From positions 84,071,360 to 84,135,359 of the forward strand of contig NC_068988.1 of assembly GCF_001194135.2 (NCBI RefSeq): a stretch of 64,000 nt of DNA, in the 5' to 3' direction. Position numbers and translations under genes: made by a program. Shown piece after piece: positions 11,245 through 23,584 of this stretch. Position 1 is the stretch's first letter. The number at the start of each line of letters is the position of its first letter. The notes beneath the pieces are model-generated. The model was given only the letters and a program-made list of their open reading frames with translations. It was not told the DNA's origin and searched no databases. This stretch comes from Octopus bimaculoides (taxonomy: Eukaryota).

Positions 11245-12325
11245 AATCATCATTATCATCGTTTAATATCCGCTTTCCATGCTAGCATGGGTTGGACAAC
11301 TTGACTGAGGACTGGAAAGCCAGAAGGCTGCACCAGGCTCCAATCTGATCTGGCAGAATTTCTAAAGCTGGATGCTCTTTCTAATGACAACAACTCCGAG
11401 AGTGTAGTGGGTGCTTTTACATGCCACCAGCACGAGGGCCAGTCACACGGTACAGGCAACGGCCATGAACAAAAAGGTGTTTTTTACGTGCCAGCTCAGT
11501 AGCACTGGCAACGACCTCGCTCAAATGATTTTCTAACGTGCCCCCAGCACAAGTGCTAGAAGGCGACGCTGGTAACGTTCACCCTCAAAGGGTGCTAGAC
11601 AGCTGCTTTGGCAATGAACACGCTCAGACAGTGCCGTTAGTGCTCCACTGGCGCAGGTGCCAGTCATCGAGTATGGTTCAATGATGATTTTGATTTCACT
11701 TGCTCCAACAGGTCTTCGCAAGCAGGGTTTTTAGTGTCCAATGAAGTAAAGATATGAATAAGTGAGCTGGTTACACTTTTGGCAGAGGTCACAGATTATG
11801 CTCTCACTTGCCTTGCTGGGTCTTCTCACGTATTGCATATTTCCAAAGGTCCCGGTCACCGGTCATTGCCTCGGTGAGACCTAAAGTTCAAAGGTCATGC
11901 TTCACCACCTCATCCCAGGTTTTCCTGGGTCTACCTCTTCCACAGGTTCCCTCAAATGCTAGGGTGTGGCACTTTTTCACACAGCTATCCTCATCCATTC
12001 TTGCCACATGTCCATACCAGCACAATCGTCTTTCTTGCACACCACAACTGATGCTTCTTAGGTCCAACTTTTCTCTCAAGGTACTTACATTCTGTCGAGT
12101 ATGCACACTGACATTACACATCCATTGGAGCATATTGGCTTCGTTTCTTGCGAGTTTACGCATGTCCTCAACAGTCACGGCCCATGTTTCACTGCCATGT
12201 AGCATGGTTGTTCGTACACATGCATCATAGAGTCTGCCTTTTACTCTGAGTGAGAGGCCCTTTGTCACCAACAGAGGTAAGAGCTCTCTGAACTTTGCCC
12301 AGGCTATTCTTATTCTAGCAGCTAC
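11245..12325 (-). mobile_element. 5'-truncated RTE LINE (ORF2 C-terminus, UTR array, tail)
   Basis: ORF 11888-12271 KGRLYDACVRTTMLHGSETW..WYGHVARMDED..GRGRPRKTW, then array and (GAT)n tail. Confidence 0.9.
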
Positions 12326-12334
12326 ACTTTCAGT

Positions 12335-12386
12335 GGTTTGGACATGTGGTGAGAATGAATGAGGATAGCTGCGTGAAAAAGTGCCA
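12335..12386 (+). mobile_element. RTE ORF2 fragment in opposite orientation, runs into gap
   Basis: WFGHVVRMNEDSCVKKC. Confidence 0.7.
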
Positions 12387-12810
12387 NNNNNNNNNNNNNN
12401 NNNNNNNNNNNNNNNNNNNNNNNNNNNNNNNNNNNNNNNNNNNNNNNNNNNNNNNNNNNNNNNNNNNNNNNNNNNNNNNNNNNNNNNNNNNNNNNNNNNN
12501 NNNNNNNNNNNNNNNNNNNNNNNNNNNNNNNNNNNNNNNNNNNNNNNNNNNNNNNNNNNNNNNNNNNNNNNNNNNNNNNNNNNNNNNNNNNNNNNNNNNN
12601 NNNNNNNNNNNNNNNNNNNNNNNNNNNNNNNNNNNNNNNNNNNNNNNNNNNNNNNNNNNNNNNNNNNNNNNNNNNNNNNNNNNNNNNNNNNNNNNNNNNN
12701 NNNNNNNNNNNNNNNNNNNNNNNNNNNNNNNNNNNNNNNNNNNNNNNNNNNNNNNNNNNNNNNNNNNNNNNNNNNNNNNNNNNNNNNNATATATATATAT
12801 ATATATATAA

Positions 12811-13227
12811 GTGCAGGCGAGGCTGTGTGCTAAGAAGCTTGCTTCCCAACCACATGGTTCTGAGTTCAGTCCCACTGTGTGGCACCTTGGGCAAGTGTCT
12901 TCTACTTTAGCCTTGGGCCGACCAATGCCATATCAGTGGTTTTGGTTGACGGAAACTGAAAGAAGTCTGCTCTGTATACCTATATATATTTATATGTCTT
13001 TATTTGTGTCTGTGTTTGTTCCCCACCACACACACACACACACCACTGCTTAGAAACTGATGTTGGTGTGTTCACGTCCCCGTAACTCAGTGGTTCGGCA
13101 GAAGATATCAATAGAATAGCCACCAGGCTTACAAAGAATGGGTTCAGGGGTTGATTTCTTGAACTAAAAGGCAGTTCTCCAGCATGGCGACAGTCAAGTG
13201 ACTGAAACAAGTAACAGAGTAAAAGAG
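12811..13227 (+). mobile_element. SINE family B, full length
   Basis: tRNA-like head (GCTGTGTGCTAAG..GAGTTCAGTCCC), central (TA)/(TG) tract, 3' end GACTGAAACAAGTAA..AAAGAG. Confidence 0.8.
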
Positions 13228-13294
13228 TAATATATATCTATTGATATATGTGTGTGTGTGTGTGTGTATGGATATATATATATACATATATTAC

Positions 13295-13580
13295 AGCTGC
13301 AGGCTGACCAAAGCCTTGTGAGTGGATTTCATACATGGAAACTGAAAGAAGACTGTCGTATATATATGTGTATATTTGTGTTTGTGTGTGTGTGTCTGTG
13401 TCTGTACGCCCACCATTGCTTGACAACCAATGTTGCTGTATTTACGTTCCCACCACTTAGCGGTTCGGCAAAAGACAATGGTAGAATAAGTACTAGGCTT
13501 ACAAAGAATAAACCTGTGGTCAATTTGTTTGACCAACAGCTGTGCTCCAGCATGGCTGCAGTCACAAAACAAGTAAAACA
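13295..13580 (+). mobile_element. SINE family B, 3' part
   Basis: Similarity to 12811-13227. Confidence 0.7.
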
Positions 13581-13632
13581 ATAAAAAAACTATGCCATTG
13601 TTATCTTGAGCAAGGCCAGTATCTCTGCTAAT

Positions 13633-13815
13633 ATATATATATATATGTATATGACAGGCTTCTTTCAATTTCTATCTATTAAATCCACTCATGTGGCTTT
13701 GGTTGGCCTGAGGTGGTAGTAGAAGACACTAGCCTAAGGTGCCACTCATTTCGACTGAACCCGGAACATGTGGTTAAGAAGCAAGCTTATTACCAGACAG
13801 CCATCTCTGTGCCTA
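13633..13815 (-). mobile_element. SINE family B, 5' half
   Basis: Reverse complement of the head region. Confidence 0.7.
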
Positions 13816-14111
13816 TATATACATATACATATATATATGACTTAATAGAGTTGTCACTGTTTAGTTATGTATTTAGGAGTGGCTGTAATTTACTTATTGA
13901 ATTTATTTATCGATACAGTTGTACATTGGGTAAATGTGTTTGAAAGTTGTGGTTTCTTTGGTTTGTTTGTTCCCAAACACTTATTTTAATGCTGTTGTCA
14001 CTGCTGGATTGAATGGTACTGCCTATGTGTCGAAATCATAATGATATCTGTGGGCCAGCTGATGATGGAGGTCTGTTTGATTGTCAGTATGGCTGTTTTT
14101 ATATACTCTCT

Positions 14112-14493
14112 CTCTTTTACTCTTTTACTTGTTTCAGTCATTTGACTGTGGCCATGCTGGAGCACCGCCTTTAGTCGAGCAAATCAACCCCAGGACTTAT
14201 TCTTTGTAAGCCTAGTACTTATTCTATCGGTCACTTTTGCCAAACTGCTAAGTTACGGGGACGTAAACACACCAGCATCGGTTGTCAAGCGATATTGGGG
14301 GACAAACACATATATATATACATATACATATATACAACGGGCTTCTTTCAGTTTCCGTCTACCAAATTCACTCACAAGGCTTTGGTCGGCCCGAGGCTGT
14401 AGTAGAAGACATTTGCCCAAGGTGCCACGCATTGGAACTGAACCCGGAACCATGTGGTTGGTAAGCAAGCTACTTACCACACAGCCACTCCTA
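14112..14493 (-). mobile_element. SINE family B, full length, young
   Basis: CpG-rich copy closely matching 46320-46700. Confidence 0.85.
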
Positions 14494-14569
14494 CGTGGAT
14501 TAGTATTGTTGGATTGTTGGTATGGCTTTGGAATAGTAGCCTTGTAGCTCTTCAACCTTTCTATACTGT

Positions 14570-15210
14570 CAGTCATCACTTCTTCTCCTCTACTATTTGT
14601 TCAACTCATATTTATCATTAATCACTCCATCACTCTTGTTCACCACTCACTACATTCACACTCAAATCCCTCCCTCCATCTCTAATGGTCCCTTGCTCTC
14701 CCTATACACTCCTGCCACTTCTACCCACTCTTCCCCGCTTCTGTCCTCGTGCTCTCTTCTATACACCTTTTTGTATTTTGAGAGCCTACTTTGATATCTC
14801 GTCACCACCACCATCTTTATCTTTCTTTCCAAAACCACTCTGATTACTTCTATCCACTCTTATATTCTGCCAAGTAGCTATGTATCTCCTCTATAGCAAG
14901 ACACCTGCTCTGTTCTTCCCTTTCCATTTTTTAATCTCTCAACAACTAACTCAAAGCCACCTCCCTCTCAGTCAGAAGGACACTTTTGTCTTGAGAGTTA
15001 CATGATGATCTCACTAGTGCTGGTATACCCCCAAAATGCACCCAGTACTTGATAAAATGGTTGGCATTAGGAGGGCATCCAGTTGTAGAAACCGTATCAA
15101 AGCAGACAGTGGAGCATGACACAGCCCTTCAACTCACTGGATCCTGTCAAACCCTCTGACTCATGTCAGCATAAAAGACATGTTAAAGGGTGATGATTAT
15201 GATGATGAAT
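14570..15210 (+). mobile_element. CT-rich element with RTE-like tail
   Basis: Pyrimidine-rich body, then TTGGCATTAGGAGGGCATCCAG..(GAT)n. Confidence 0.5.
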
Positions 15211-15647
15211 GATATATAACACACACACACACACACACCAACACCCAACCTCAACTTTCCCAGCTGGTTCATAAGCAGCTGTACTGTAACAGTACAAATA
15301 AAGAACATGGCCTTCAAGGCTTGAAAAAAACCACACCCATCTCTTTTAACTAGTTAACTTTTACCCACTATCACAACTACTTGGGAATCACCATTTAAAT
15401 GCAATAGATGCATTTGTGCATCATAGCACAGCATGCAAACTCTCCTGCCTCCCCCAGACTACAGCCAGTGATTTTGGTCCTCTGCCAACAGGATCTTAAT
15501 TAACTTAATGTAATCCTCCAGCCAGCCATTTCCAAACATGCAGTGTTCTGTTGAGAAAGCCTCCACATTTTTTGTCTAGTTTGCATCTAATTTCACATTA
15601 CTCACACTCAAAAAAACTTCTCCCAAAATGTTTCTTCACTTCCCCAG

Positions 15648-15686
<39 letters not shown>

Positions 15687-15769
15687 TGTATGTATGTATG
15701 TATATCTCACCAGCATTATTTAGCATCTGTATTTCATTCTGGCTTGGTTTGGACAGTCTAATAGGATTC

Positions 15770-16560
15770 AGCATATCAGAGAAATGCATTGAGTTCCAAT
15801 GTCTATTTTGGCATAGTTTCTATGGCTAGATGCCCTTCCTAATGCCAATCACTTTACAAAGTGCACTGGATGTTTTTTCATGTCATCGGCATTAGTGAGG
15901 TCATCAAGTAGGTCACAAGACAAGCCCCCTTGACTGAAGGGCATGAAGGGCATGAGGGAAGTGATTTATGTCAGGTATTGAAAGATAAGCGTATGATTGA
16001 GAGATTGAGAGATAAGAATAGGTATCTGGCTGTAGAGGAGATACATGGCTACTCGACTAGAAAAAAAGAGAAGGTGGTGGTGATGAGGTTTTAGGATGTA
16101 CTTTTAGGGTACAAAAAAATAAATGAGTGGGATGGGGACAGAGGAAAAGGTAAAAGGATAGGGACAGAAGAGCAGGTAAGTTTGAGAGAGTAAAAGTGAA
16201 CAAGCGATAGTTAGAGGTAGGGAATACAGGGTTATAGGTAATAGGAAATAAAAGTGGGCCAGAGAGGAGGTGATAAGTGGTAGTACAAAAGAGGGGAGGT
16301 GGAAGCAACATTGAAATGAAACTATATGGATCAGAAATAGGGAAATGATGTGGAGTGTGTGAAGGACAGGGATGAGTACTCATTGACAAGGATAGAGATC
16401 GGAAATATGTAGAATGAATATATAGAGAGAGTGAAGAACAAGGGAGGTGGGGTGCATAGCCGACATGACATGGTGTCCAATATTGAGAATGTGAAGAAGG
16501 TGACATGGGAAGGTGCCACATGGAGAGAGGAAACTAGTAGCTCAAAAATGTGAAGGATGA
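15770..16560 (-). mobile_element. CT-rich element with RTE-like tail
   Basis: Reverse-complement tail, then a long AG-rich tract. Confidence 0.5.
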
Positions 16561-16859
16561 AATATATGCATCTCTACACTCATATCAATAATATTAATAA
16601 TTTATAATTACAGCTATCGAGATTGTGCTGTAGTTTGAAGAGTGATAGAAGGATGAGTGTTGGGAAGATGGATCATGGGGACAGTTTGAATGCAAAGGTA
16701 TATTTATATACATATAAGTGTATATGAGTGAACACAGATGTGCTTCATTTGTGCATATGCAGGTGTATGTGTGTGTGTGTGCGCATGTGTGTAGATGTAA
16801 CTATAACTATGACCATACACACCAAATGTAAAAACAGCTTCTGGTCACAACAGTATAGG

Positions 16860-17350
16860 TGAAACACTGGGATGATATCCCAATCACTCACCTCAGGAAG
16901 TATGCCTCAGAGTTAACTTCTATCTGCACCAAACTCTACAATCTCAGCTCTGTAAGGACCTATCCTGACATTTGGAAACATGCTACAATGTGTCTTTTTC
17001 TTATGAAAGACAATGATTCTGAAACCATCAACTAACAACCTAATACTCTCACTTCCAACATTTCAAAGTGATGAAAGTGGTCATTAAGAATTATCTCCTA
17101 CATCATCTTGAGTCCTTTTTCTATCCTCAGGCACCACCAGTATGTATGGCTACTTCTACAAATCCATGTTTACTGGAGCCCTACTCTCATATATATCTTT
17201 CACCAATAACCAGTAACCTTTAGAAATTTCATTGAAAGCAATGTTGTCACACTTTATTTCAGCATGTGAATCTCTTGGTTAAGCCTTCTGCTAAAAGTCT
17301 CCGTCCATCTCATATTTTTTGGATTAAACATTTCCTCTCAGATGACACCT
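16860..17350 (+). mobile_element. ancient CR1-like reverse transcriptase remnant
   Basis: DDIPITHLRKYASELT..YPDIWKHA..N*QPNTLTSNISK(fs)VMKVVIKNYLLHHLES matches the CR1 RT N-terminal pattern (WK.A..NYRPISLTS..SKVME). Confidence 0.65.
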
Positions 17351-17397
17351 TCAAAACATAAATGACTTTACAATGAAATAGTGAAGTACCTGTTCTG

Positions 17398-17460
17398 TAT
17401 TTCAGTACCTGTTCTGTATATAAGACTTGATGTCTTATATACAGAACAGGTACTGCAATA
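17398..17460. repeat. perfect 24-bp inverted repeat with 5-nt loop
   Basis: CAGTACCTGTTCTGTATATAAGAC (17403-17426) / GTCTTATATACAGAACAGGTACTG (17432-17455). Confidence 0.95.
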
Positions 17461-18379
17461 TCTGCACCACAGAAAAGATGGTCATCTTATTTCCAAAAAA
17501 AAACACCCTAAACTCAAAACAGAGTTGATATCATTTTGTATGCACTGACCATAATATCTGCACAAAAAAAGGTAAAAGTTGAAACCTAATGGATAATGAC
17601 TTCCTGAAATTCCTCCAGCCTCTACCCACCCAAACATAATTTATCCTCTATTTTATATTCACAACTATTTCCTCTTCCATCTTAATTTTAATATTTCTTG
17701 AATCCACCTATGCCACCACATTCTCTGATACTTCCTTAAAACATGACAACATTGACTAGCATGCATGTGTTGGTACACAAACATACTTTAAACAAAGACC
17801 CCACCACCTCTACCAAGTTTTAACATACATCAAACCTCCAATATTTTTATCATATTTATTAAAACCCTATTATCAACCATTGTTATCACTATTGTAGATT
17901 CATAAATGTTGGTAGTTTTACAATCTATATTATATATATTATTCTTGTTATTGTATTATCACCTTCCATCATATCCCAGTTTATGTGCTGTTCTTTCCAC
18001 ACCATTATGTTTTCATTTTCCATTTTAACTCTTTTATCTAAGAAAGATTGTTTTTAATGGTATTTTGAGAATTTCTTTGAAGATGTGTCAAGGTTTTAAA
18101 AGAAAAGAAAAACTTTTTTTGTGAATACATTTTTTTTAAGGTTCTTTTTCTTCAGACCTTTGTGTTTAAAACTATTTAAAATTGTTGAATATTGGGGAAA
18201 TCATTTGAGAAATTTTCTCAAGTTCTTGAAAACATTTTTTGAATTTCAAAACCATTAGTACAATTATCACTTTTACCATCATCTCATAATAATAATAATA
18301 ATAATAATAACAATAATAATAATAATTATTATTATTATTATTATCAAAGCACCAAACTACCAGAACCATTATCATATTG

Positions 18380-18980
18380 GACAAAATCCTTTGAAGTATT
18401 TCTTCCAGCTCTTTACATTCTGAACACAAATCCTGCTGAGGTTGACTTCGCTTCTCATCTTTTTAAGATTGATAAAATAAAGTATCAGTCAAGTACTTAG
18501 GTTGATGTAATCAACTGATCCTCCTCCACCAAAAATTGCTGGCAAAATCACTACCACTGCAGGAAAAAAAAAAATGGTTAGCAGCATTTCTTCTGGCTTT
18601 ATGTTCTGGGTTCAAATGTCACTGACGTTGACTTTGCTTTTCATCCTTTCAGAATCAATAACATAAGTACTAGCTGTGTACTTCCCACAAAATTTCAAGC
18701 CTTGTGCCTACTGTAGAAAGGATAATTATTATTATTATTACTATTATTTAGGTAGTGAGCTGGCAGAATTGCAAACATGCTAGATAAAATGTTAAGCAGT
18801 ATTTATAACATCTTTTACAGTCTGAGTTAAAATTCTGCTAAAGGTTGACATTGCTTTTCATCCTTTTGGGGTCAGTAAAATAAGTACCAGTTGAGTACTG
18901 GGGCTGATGTAATCAACTAGCCCTCTTCTCCACAGTTGGAGGTCTTGTGCTTTAGAAGAAAGGATTATCACTATTATTAG
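18380..18980 (+). mobile_element. head-to-tail train of SINE family C copies
   Basis: Repeated GAGCTGGCAGAA..GGTTCAAAT..GACTTTGCTTTTCATCCTTT..GTAGAAAGG(ATT)n units. Confidence 0.75.
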
Positions 18981-19146
18981 GATTATTATTATTTGGCATA
19001 TGTTTGATTTATGGTAATTATTCGTCTTCCTCACATTTTGTTTAGTTATTTTCCTTTCATGTTTTACGTAACAGTTTTTTTATTATTAATCTTTATATTA
19101 ATACATTAATATATTTCTCCATACAATCTAATTGCATATATATACA

Positions 19147-19305
19147 CTCTCGGAGTGGTTGGCATTAGGAAGGGCATCCAGCTGTAGAAACTCTGCCAAA
19201 TCAGATTGGAGCCTGGTGTAGCCATCTGGTTTCACCAGTCCTCAGTCAAATCGTCCAACCCATGCTGGCATGGAAAGCGGACGTTAAACGATGATGATGA
19301 TGATA
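19147..19305 (+). mobile_element. RTE LINE extreme 3' end
   Basis: Nearly identical to 1415-1580. Confidence 0.85.
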
Positions 19306-19547
19306 TATATATATCAAAATTTTTATCATTTAGCATCCGTTTTCCATTCTGGCATGAGTTTTTTCCACTTTAACTAGAACAGATAAGCTGGAGAGTTGTA
19401 CCAGGCTCCACTCTGTTTTGGCCTGGTTCCTATGGCTAGATGCACTTCCTAATGTCAACTACTCCAAAGAGTGTACCGGGTGCATGTAATGTGTTACTGG
19501 CATGGGTGCCTATATATGTATGCATGTCTCTTCTATTTTTTTAATTA

Positions 19548-21390
19548 TTATAAATCTTCCACTGAGGAGGGAGCCAGTTTCCAACAAAGACAAATTCACA
19601 TTTGGAACTTGAGAAAAGTCTTGCATATTTTTACTGATCCACTCACAGATTGCACTTGTAATGTACGAATTAGCTGGTCAATTTCTCTTTCTGAAAATCC
19701 CAGTTTATCCAGATTCTCCTTTAAGCATTTGTTAACAAAACCTAGTGCTCCAAATATTATCAATATGAATATGAATTCATAGTCTGGATATAGAAGCTGG
19801 AGGTTTCGAAGTAGTTGTCCATCGATATCCTCTTTTCCTTTGATTTTCAAAGAGATATTTATATCTGCGGAGTAGCTGACCTCTATGACGGTACACACCT
19901 TTGCTCTTCTGTCCCAAATGACAATATCTGGCCTGTTATGCTTACATTTGAGAGAAGTTTTGATGGGAATATTCTACCAGTCTTCCTTGAGTTAGTGTTT
20001 ATGAATGTGTTCCATTATAAAGGGATTTTCTGTGTTTATTTCAGGACAGTCTTTCTTGCAGATGGCATTGTAAATTGTTTTAGCGACAACATTGTGTCGC
20101 ATAGGGTGGTAGCACCGTGACGACATTTTAGGACAGCTGCTAATCATATGCATAATGTCTTCCACAGAAAAATGACATAGCCTACACATGCAGTTGCATC
20201 TTGGGATTACAAGAGCATTACTATCTCTCTTGTTCACCAGGTACTTTGTAGTAATCTGCATGTTCCTGGATTGCAAACACATAGCCTTCAAAGTGTGATG
20301 TGGTAAGTGGTCTTGTATCCAAGAGAGGCTGCACTTCATGTCAATTCTACTATCTTCTTCAAGCTTCTGGGCAACATATCCATGCATAGTCTTTTTTTTT
20401 TTTTTTTTTTGCATGCTGAGTATTTTCCATCCAGGTCTTCTCTGAGGTAAGAGAGCCCAGCTGTTTTGGAGCTGTGTAGGAGATCATCAGGGAGAGAGTG
20501 CTTCTTGAGGAGCTCACTGCCAATTCATATGATGTTGCTCACTTCATGTTTCAGCACTGCATTTATATATTATTTTTGCTGCTGCCTGAGTGATACCATA
20601 CAGCATTCGAAGGCCGTCTGCACTGATCTCAGGCCTCTACCGCCTTCATCTCTTCTTAGGTGGAGCCTGTCAACATCACTGTTTCTGTGGAAGTTCCCAG
20701 TTGTTTTCAGGATTTTGGGGTGGATTTCCTCTACAGATCAATCAAGTATCCCAAATGTTGGGATCAGCACTAGTACTGCAAATGCGTTATGGGATATTGT
20801 TTTATTGTAAGAGGAGAGTTCCAATTGCCATAGTTTCCTAAGTCTGGTGTAATATTCTTGGGTCACTCTATCTTTATTCATAGTGCCTTCATATGATACA
20901 TATTCATCTGTGCCTAGGTACTTGTAACATTCTTTGTGTAGAATGGGGGAGATAGAGAGACTATTGATACACAGGTTTTGGGGGACTGACTTTCCTTGTT
21001 CTATAAGCAAATATGAACATTTCTTTTGGCCAAATTCCCTGCCTATATCAGTTGAAAATGTTATTAATTTCAGTTGTTTTTTGGTATTGTTAATACTTTT
21101 ACCAAAACTCTTGAGGTCGTCTACAAAGAAATTATGAGTTACATTGATATTTCTTGCAGTTGAATATCCTAGCATGTAACCATTTGTTTTCTGCAGCAGA
21201 AACAATGATGGATTCAGTGCCAAAATGAAAAAGAGTACAGAAAGGCTATCTCCCTGGAATATTCCATTTGAGATGCCTATACTATCTGAAACAATTATTC
21301 TGTTCTCAGTTGGAAGGGTGAGAACTGTTGTCCACATCTTTGTGAGTCTCTCTATAACAGCAATTAGGGTGGTGGGTACTTTTGCCAGGC
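19548..21390 (-). mobile_element. 5'-truncated R4/Dong-like non-LTR retrotransposon (RT, CCHC, restriction-like endonuclease), degenerate
   Basis: [19 protein letters not shown] and YKYLG (RT); CRLC..IMHMISSC (zinc finger); IEVS..IIFGALG (RLE); multiple frameshifts. Confidence 0.85.
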
Positions 21391-21403
21391 ATATGTATGT
21401 ATG

Positions 21404-21525
<122 letters not shown>

Positions 21526-21551
21526 CATATACATATACATATACATACATA

Positions 21552-21877
21552 CAGGGTGTGATGGGTAAATTGTTGCCATTTTATATTTTTAATTTTACGC
21601 ATGCGCATTGTTTGTTTGATCTTGGCAACTACACAATATAGTAGGGACAGTTGGGCACTGTCTTGCTCTCTGTGAAAAAACAGCACCATGACACAATTCA
21701 CTCTGTCAGAAATTTGTAAACAACATGCTGTACTGCTTGGCAGTCATGCTGGAAGTTCAAATATGAACATTTCAGAGTATTTGGGTGTCAATCTGAGGAC
21801 ATGTACCAGGAGTGTTAAAAATCAAACATCCAGTCAACATCATGGTGTTTGGAGTGATCACTAGTGATGGCGATGTT
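21552..21877 (+). mobile_element. internally deleted maT-like transposon, left end
   Basis: TA+CAGGGTGTGATGGGTAAATTGT TIR shared with 42453-42818; [13 protein letters not shown] jumps to KIKHPVNIMVFGVITSDGDV. Confidence 0.8.
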
Positions 21878-21883
21878 AAATAA

Positions 21884-22033
21884 CTTGATTCGGTTCCATG
21901 CGACTTCAAGTTTTGCAGGCCTCTAACAGAAGGCCGTCTCTTTCAGGCTTTAGATTACAAAATCTAAAGCCTGAAAGAGACAAGTTTCTGTTAGAGGCCT
22001 GCAAAACTTTAAGTCACATCGAGCTGAATCAAG
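21884..22033. repeat. 150-nt fold-back hairpin
   Basis: Perfect 21-bp inner stem around loop ACAA (21957-21960), a perfect 24-bp middle stem and an imperfect outer stem. Confidence 0.92.
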
Positions 22034-22119
22034 GTGTTTTAAATAATACATGTAACTCCAACTGATTGTGTTGAGTGCCCATTTCTTTTGTTTGTCCACC
22101 CACAACACACACATACAAA

Positions 22120-22275
22120 CATCAATGGGCTTCCACAGACTTTCCATCTGCCAAAATTCCCTCACAAGTCATTGGTTGGCTCAAGGCTAAAGAAAGACAC
22201 TTGCCCGAGGTGCTATGAGTAGGACTGAACCTAAAACTATATAGTTGCAAAGTGAGCTTCTTAATCACACATCAA
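22120..22275 (-). mobile_element. SINE family B, 5' half
   Basis: Reverse complement of the head. Confidence 0.65.
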
Positions 22276-22779
22276 TATTTTCATATTATTTTTGTTGACT
22301 CCCTTTCACAAGTGGTCTCCCCACCCTCTTGTTTCAACCTATCATCATTACTGCAATCTGTCACACCTCATTAATTGATTTTTCACGCTCTGTCAAACAG
22401 CATATAAAATAAGGTCAATCCCTTTATGTAAATGACCTGCAAATATTTTCATTAGGCAAATTGAAAGAAATTCTACACATGTACACACACATAAAATAAT
22501 GATCAATGGAGTCACTTATCACTTATTAATTACCAATCACACCAAAGCATTCATTAGAAGATAAACTGTTAATGAAACTCCTTCCCCACTAACCTATACA
22601 CACACACACACCTACAAACTATAGCCACTTAACACTTTACTCCAAACTAATTATGTACAGCTAATTATGAAATCTTCTATAAAAGTTAACAATGAAAGAA
22701 AATACTGAAACACAGATTTCTCACCAAACCCTACTATACTAAGCCAATCTAATTAACATACAACCAACCTACTTCCAAC

Positions 22780-23140
22780 CCAACTACACATTGTTACATC
22801 TTTTTTTACTGCTGATAGCATTTTAGGAGTTCCTAAAAGAATTAAGTACAAATTTAGTTTTATAAGAAACTGAGCAATCTTAGCTTGGGTATCTAAATCA
22901 GTTTCATAAGTTTGTCTTAAATGCCCACGTTTGTTTTCAGACTTTCAGTTAGCCCTTGTTTTGATAAGTCCCAAGTTATTCTGGTGGTTGAAATGAAGTG
23001 GGTAATGTGCATCACATATAATGCATGGACACTAGGAAAATAAGCCTGTGTGTCACACAAGACACATAGGATAGACCAAAGGTTAGCTATCTTGTAACCA
23101 TTTACCTGGAAACCAGGAACATGAAATGGAGTAGTGACCC
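22780..23140 (-). mobile_element. very old Penelope-like remnant
   Basis: ITW..LTESLKTNVGI resembles the W.NPP...KTNVG motif preceding GIY-YIG; many stops. Confidence 0.4.
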
Positions 23141-23246
23141 ACAATCAACCCTTATTTATGCATATACATACACCATATATGGCCATTGTTAATTAGCATA
23201 ATCAGTTTAAACTATATATGTGAGTGTGTATGTATGTGTCTGTCTC

Positions 23247-23344
<98 letters not shown>

Positions 23345-23584
23345 TATGTAGATCGTGTAAATAGTAGACATTAGCTCATTAGTATCCAGTATATAATTGG
23401 CTAGTGTAGAACACTCAAAGAAATATAAATAGATTTATTAATCAATGTATAAAATACACACACATATATTCTATACATATATATACATAAACATACATAC
23501 ATATACAAACACACACACACACACACACATATATACATACATACATACATACACACACACACATTATAACAACCAATTCATGTT

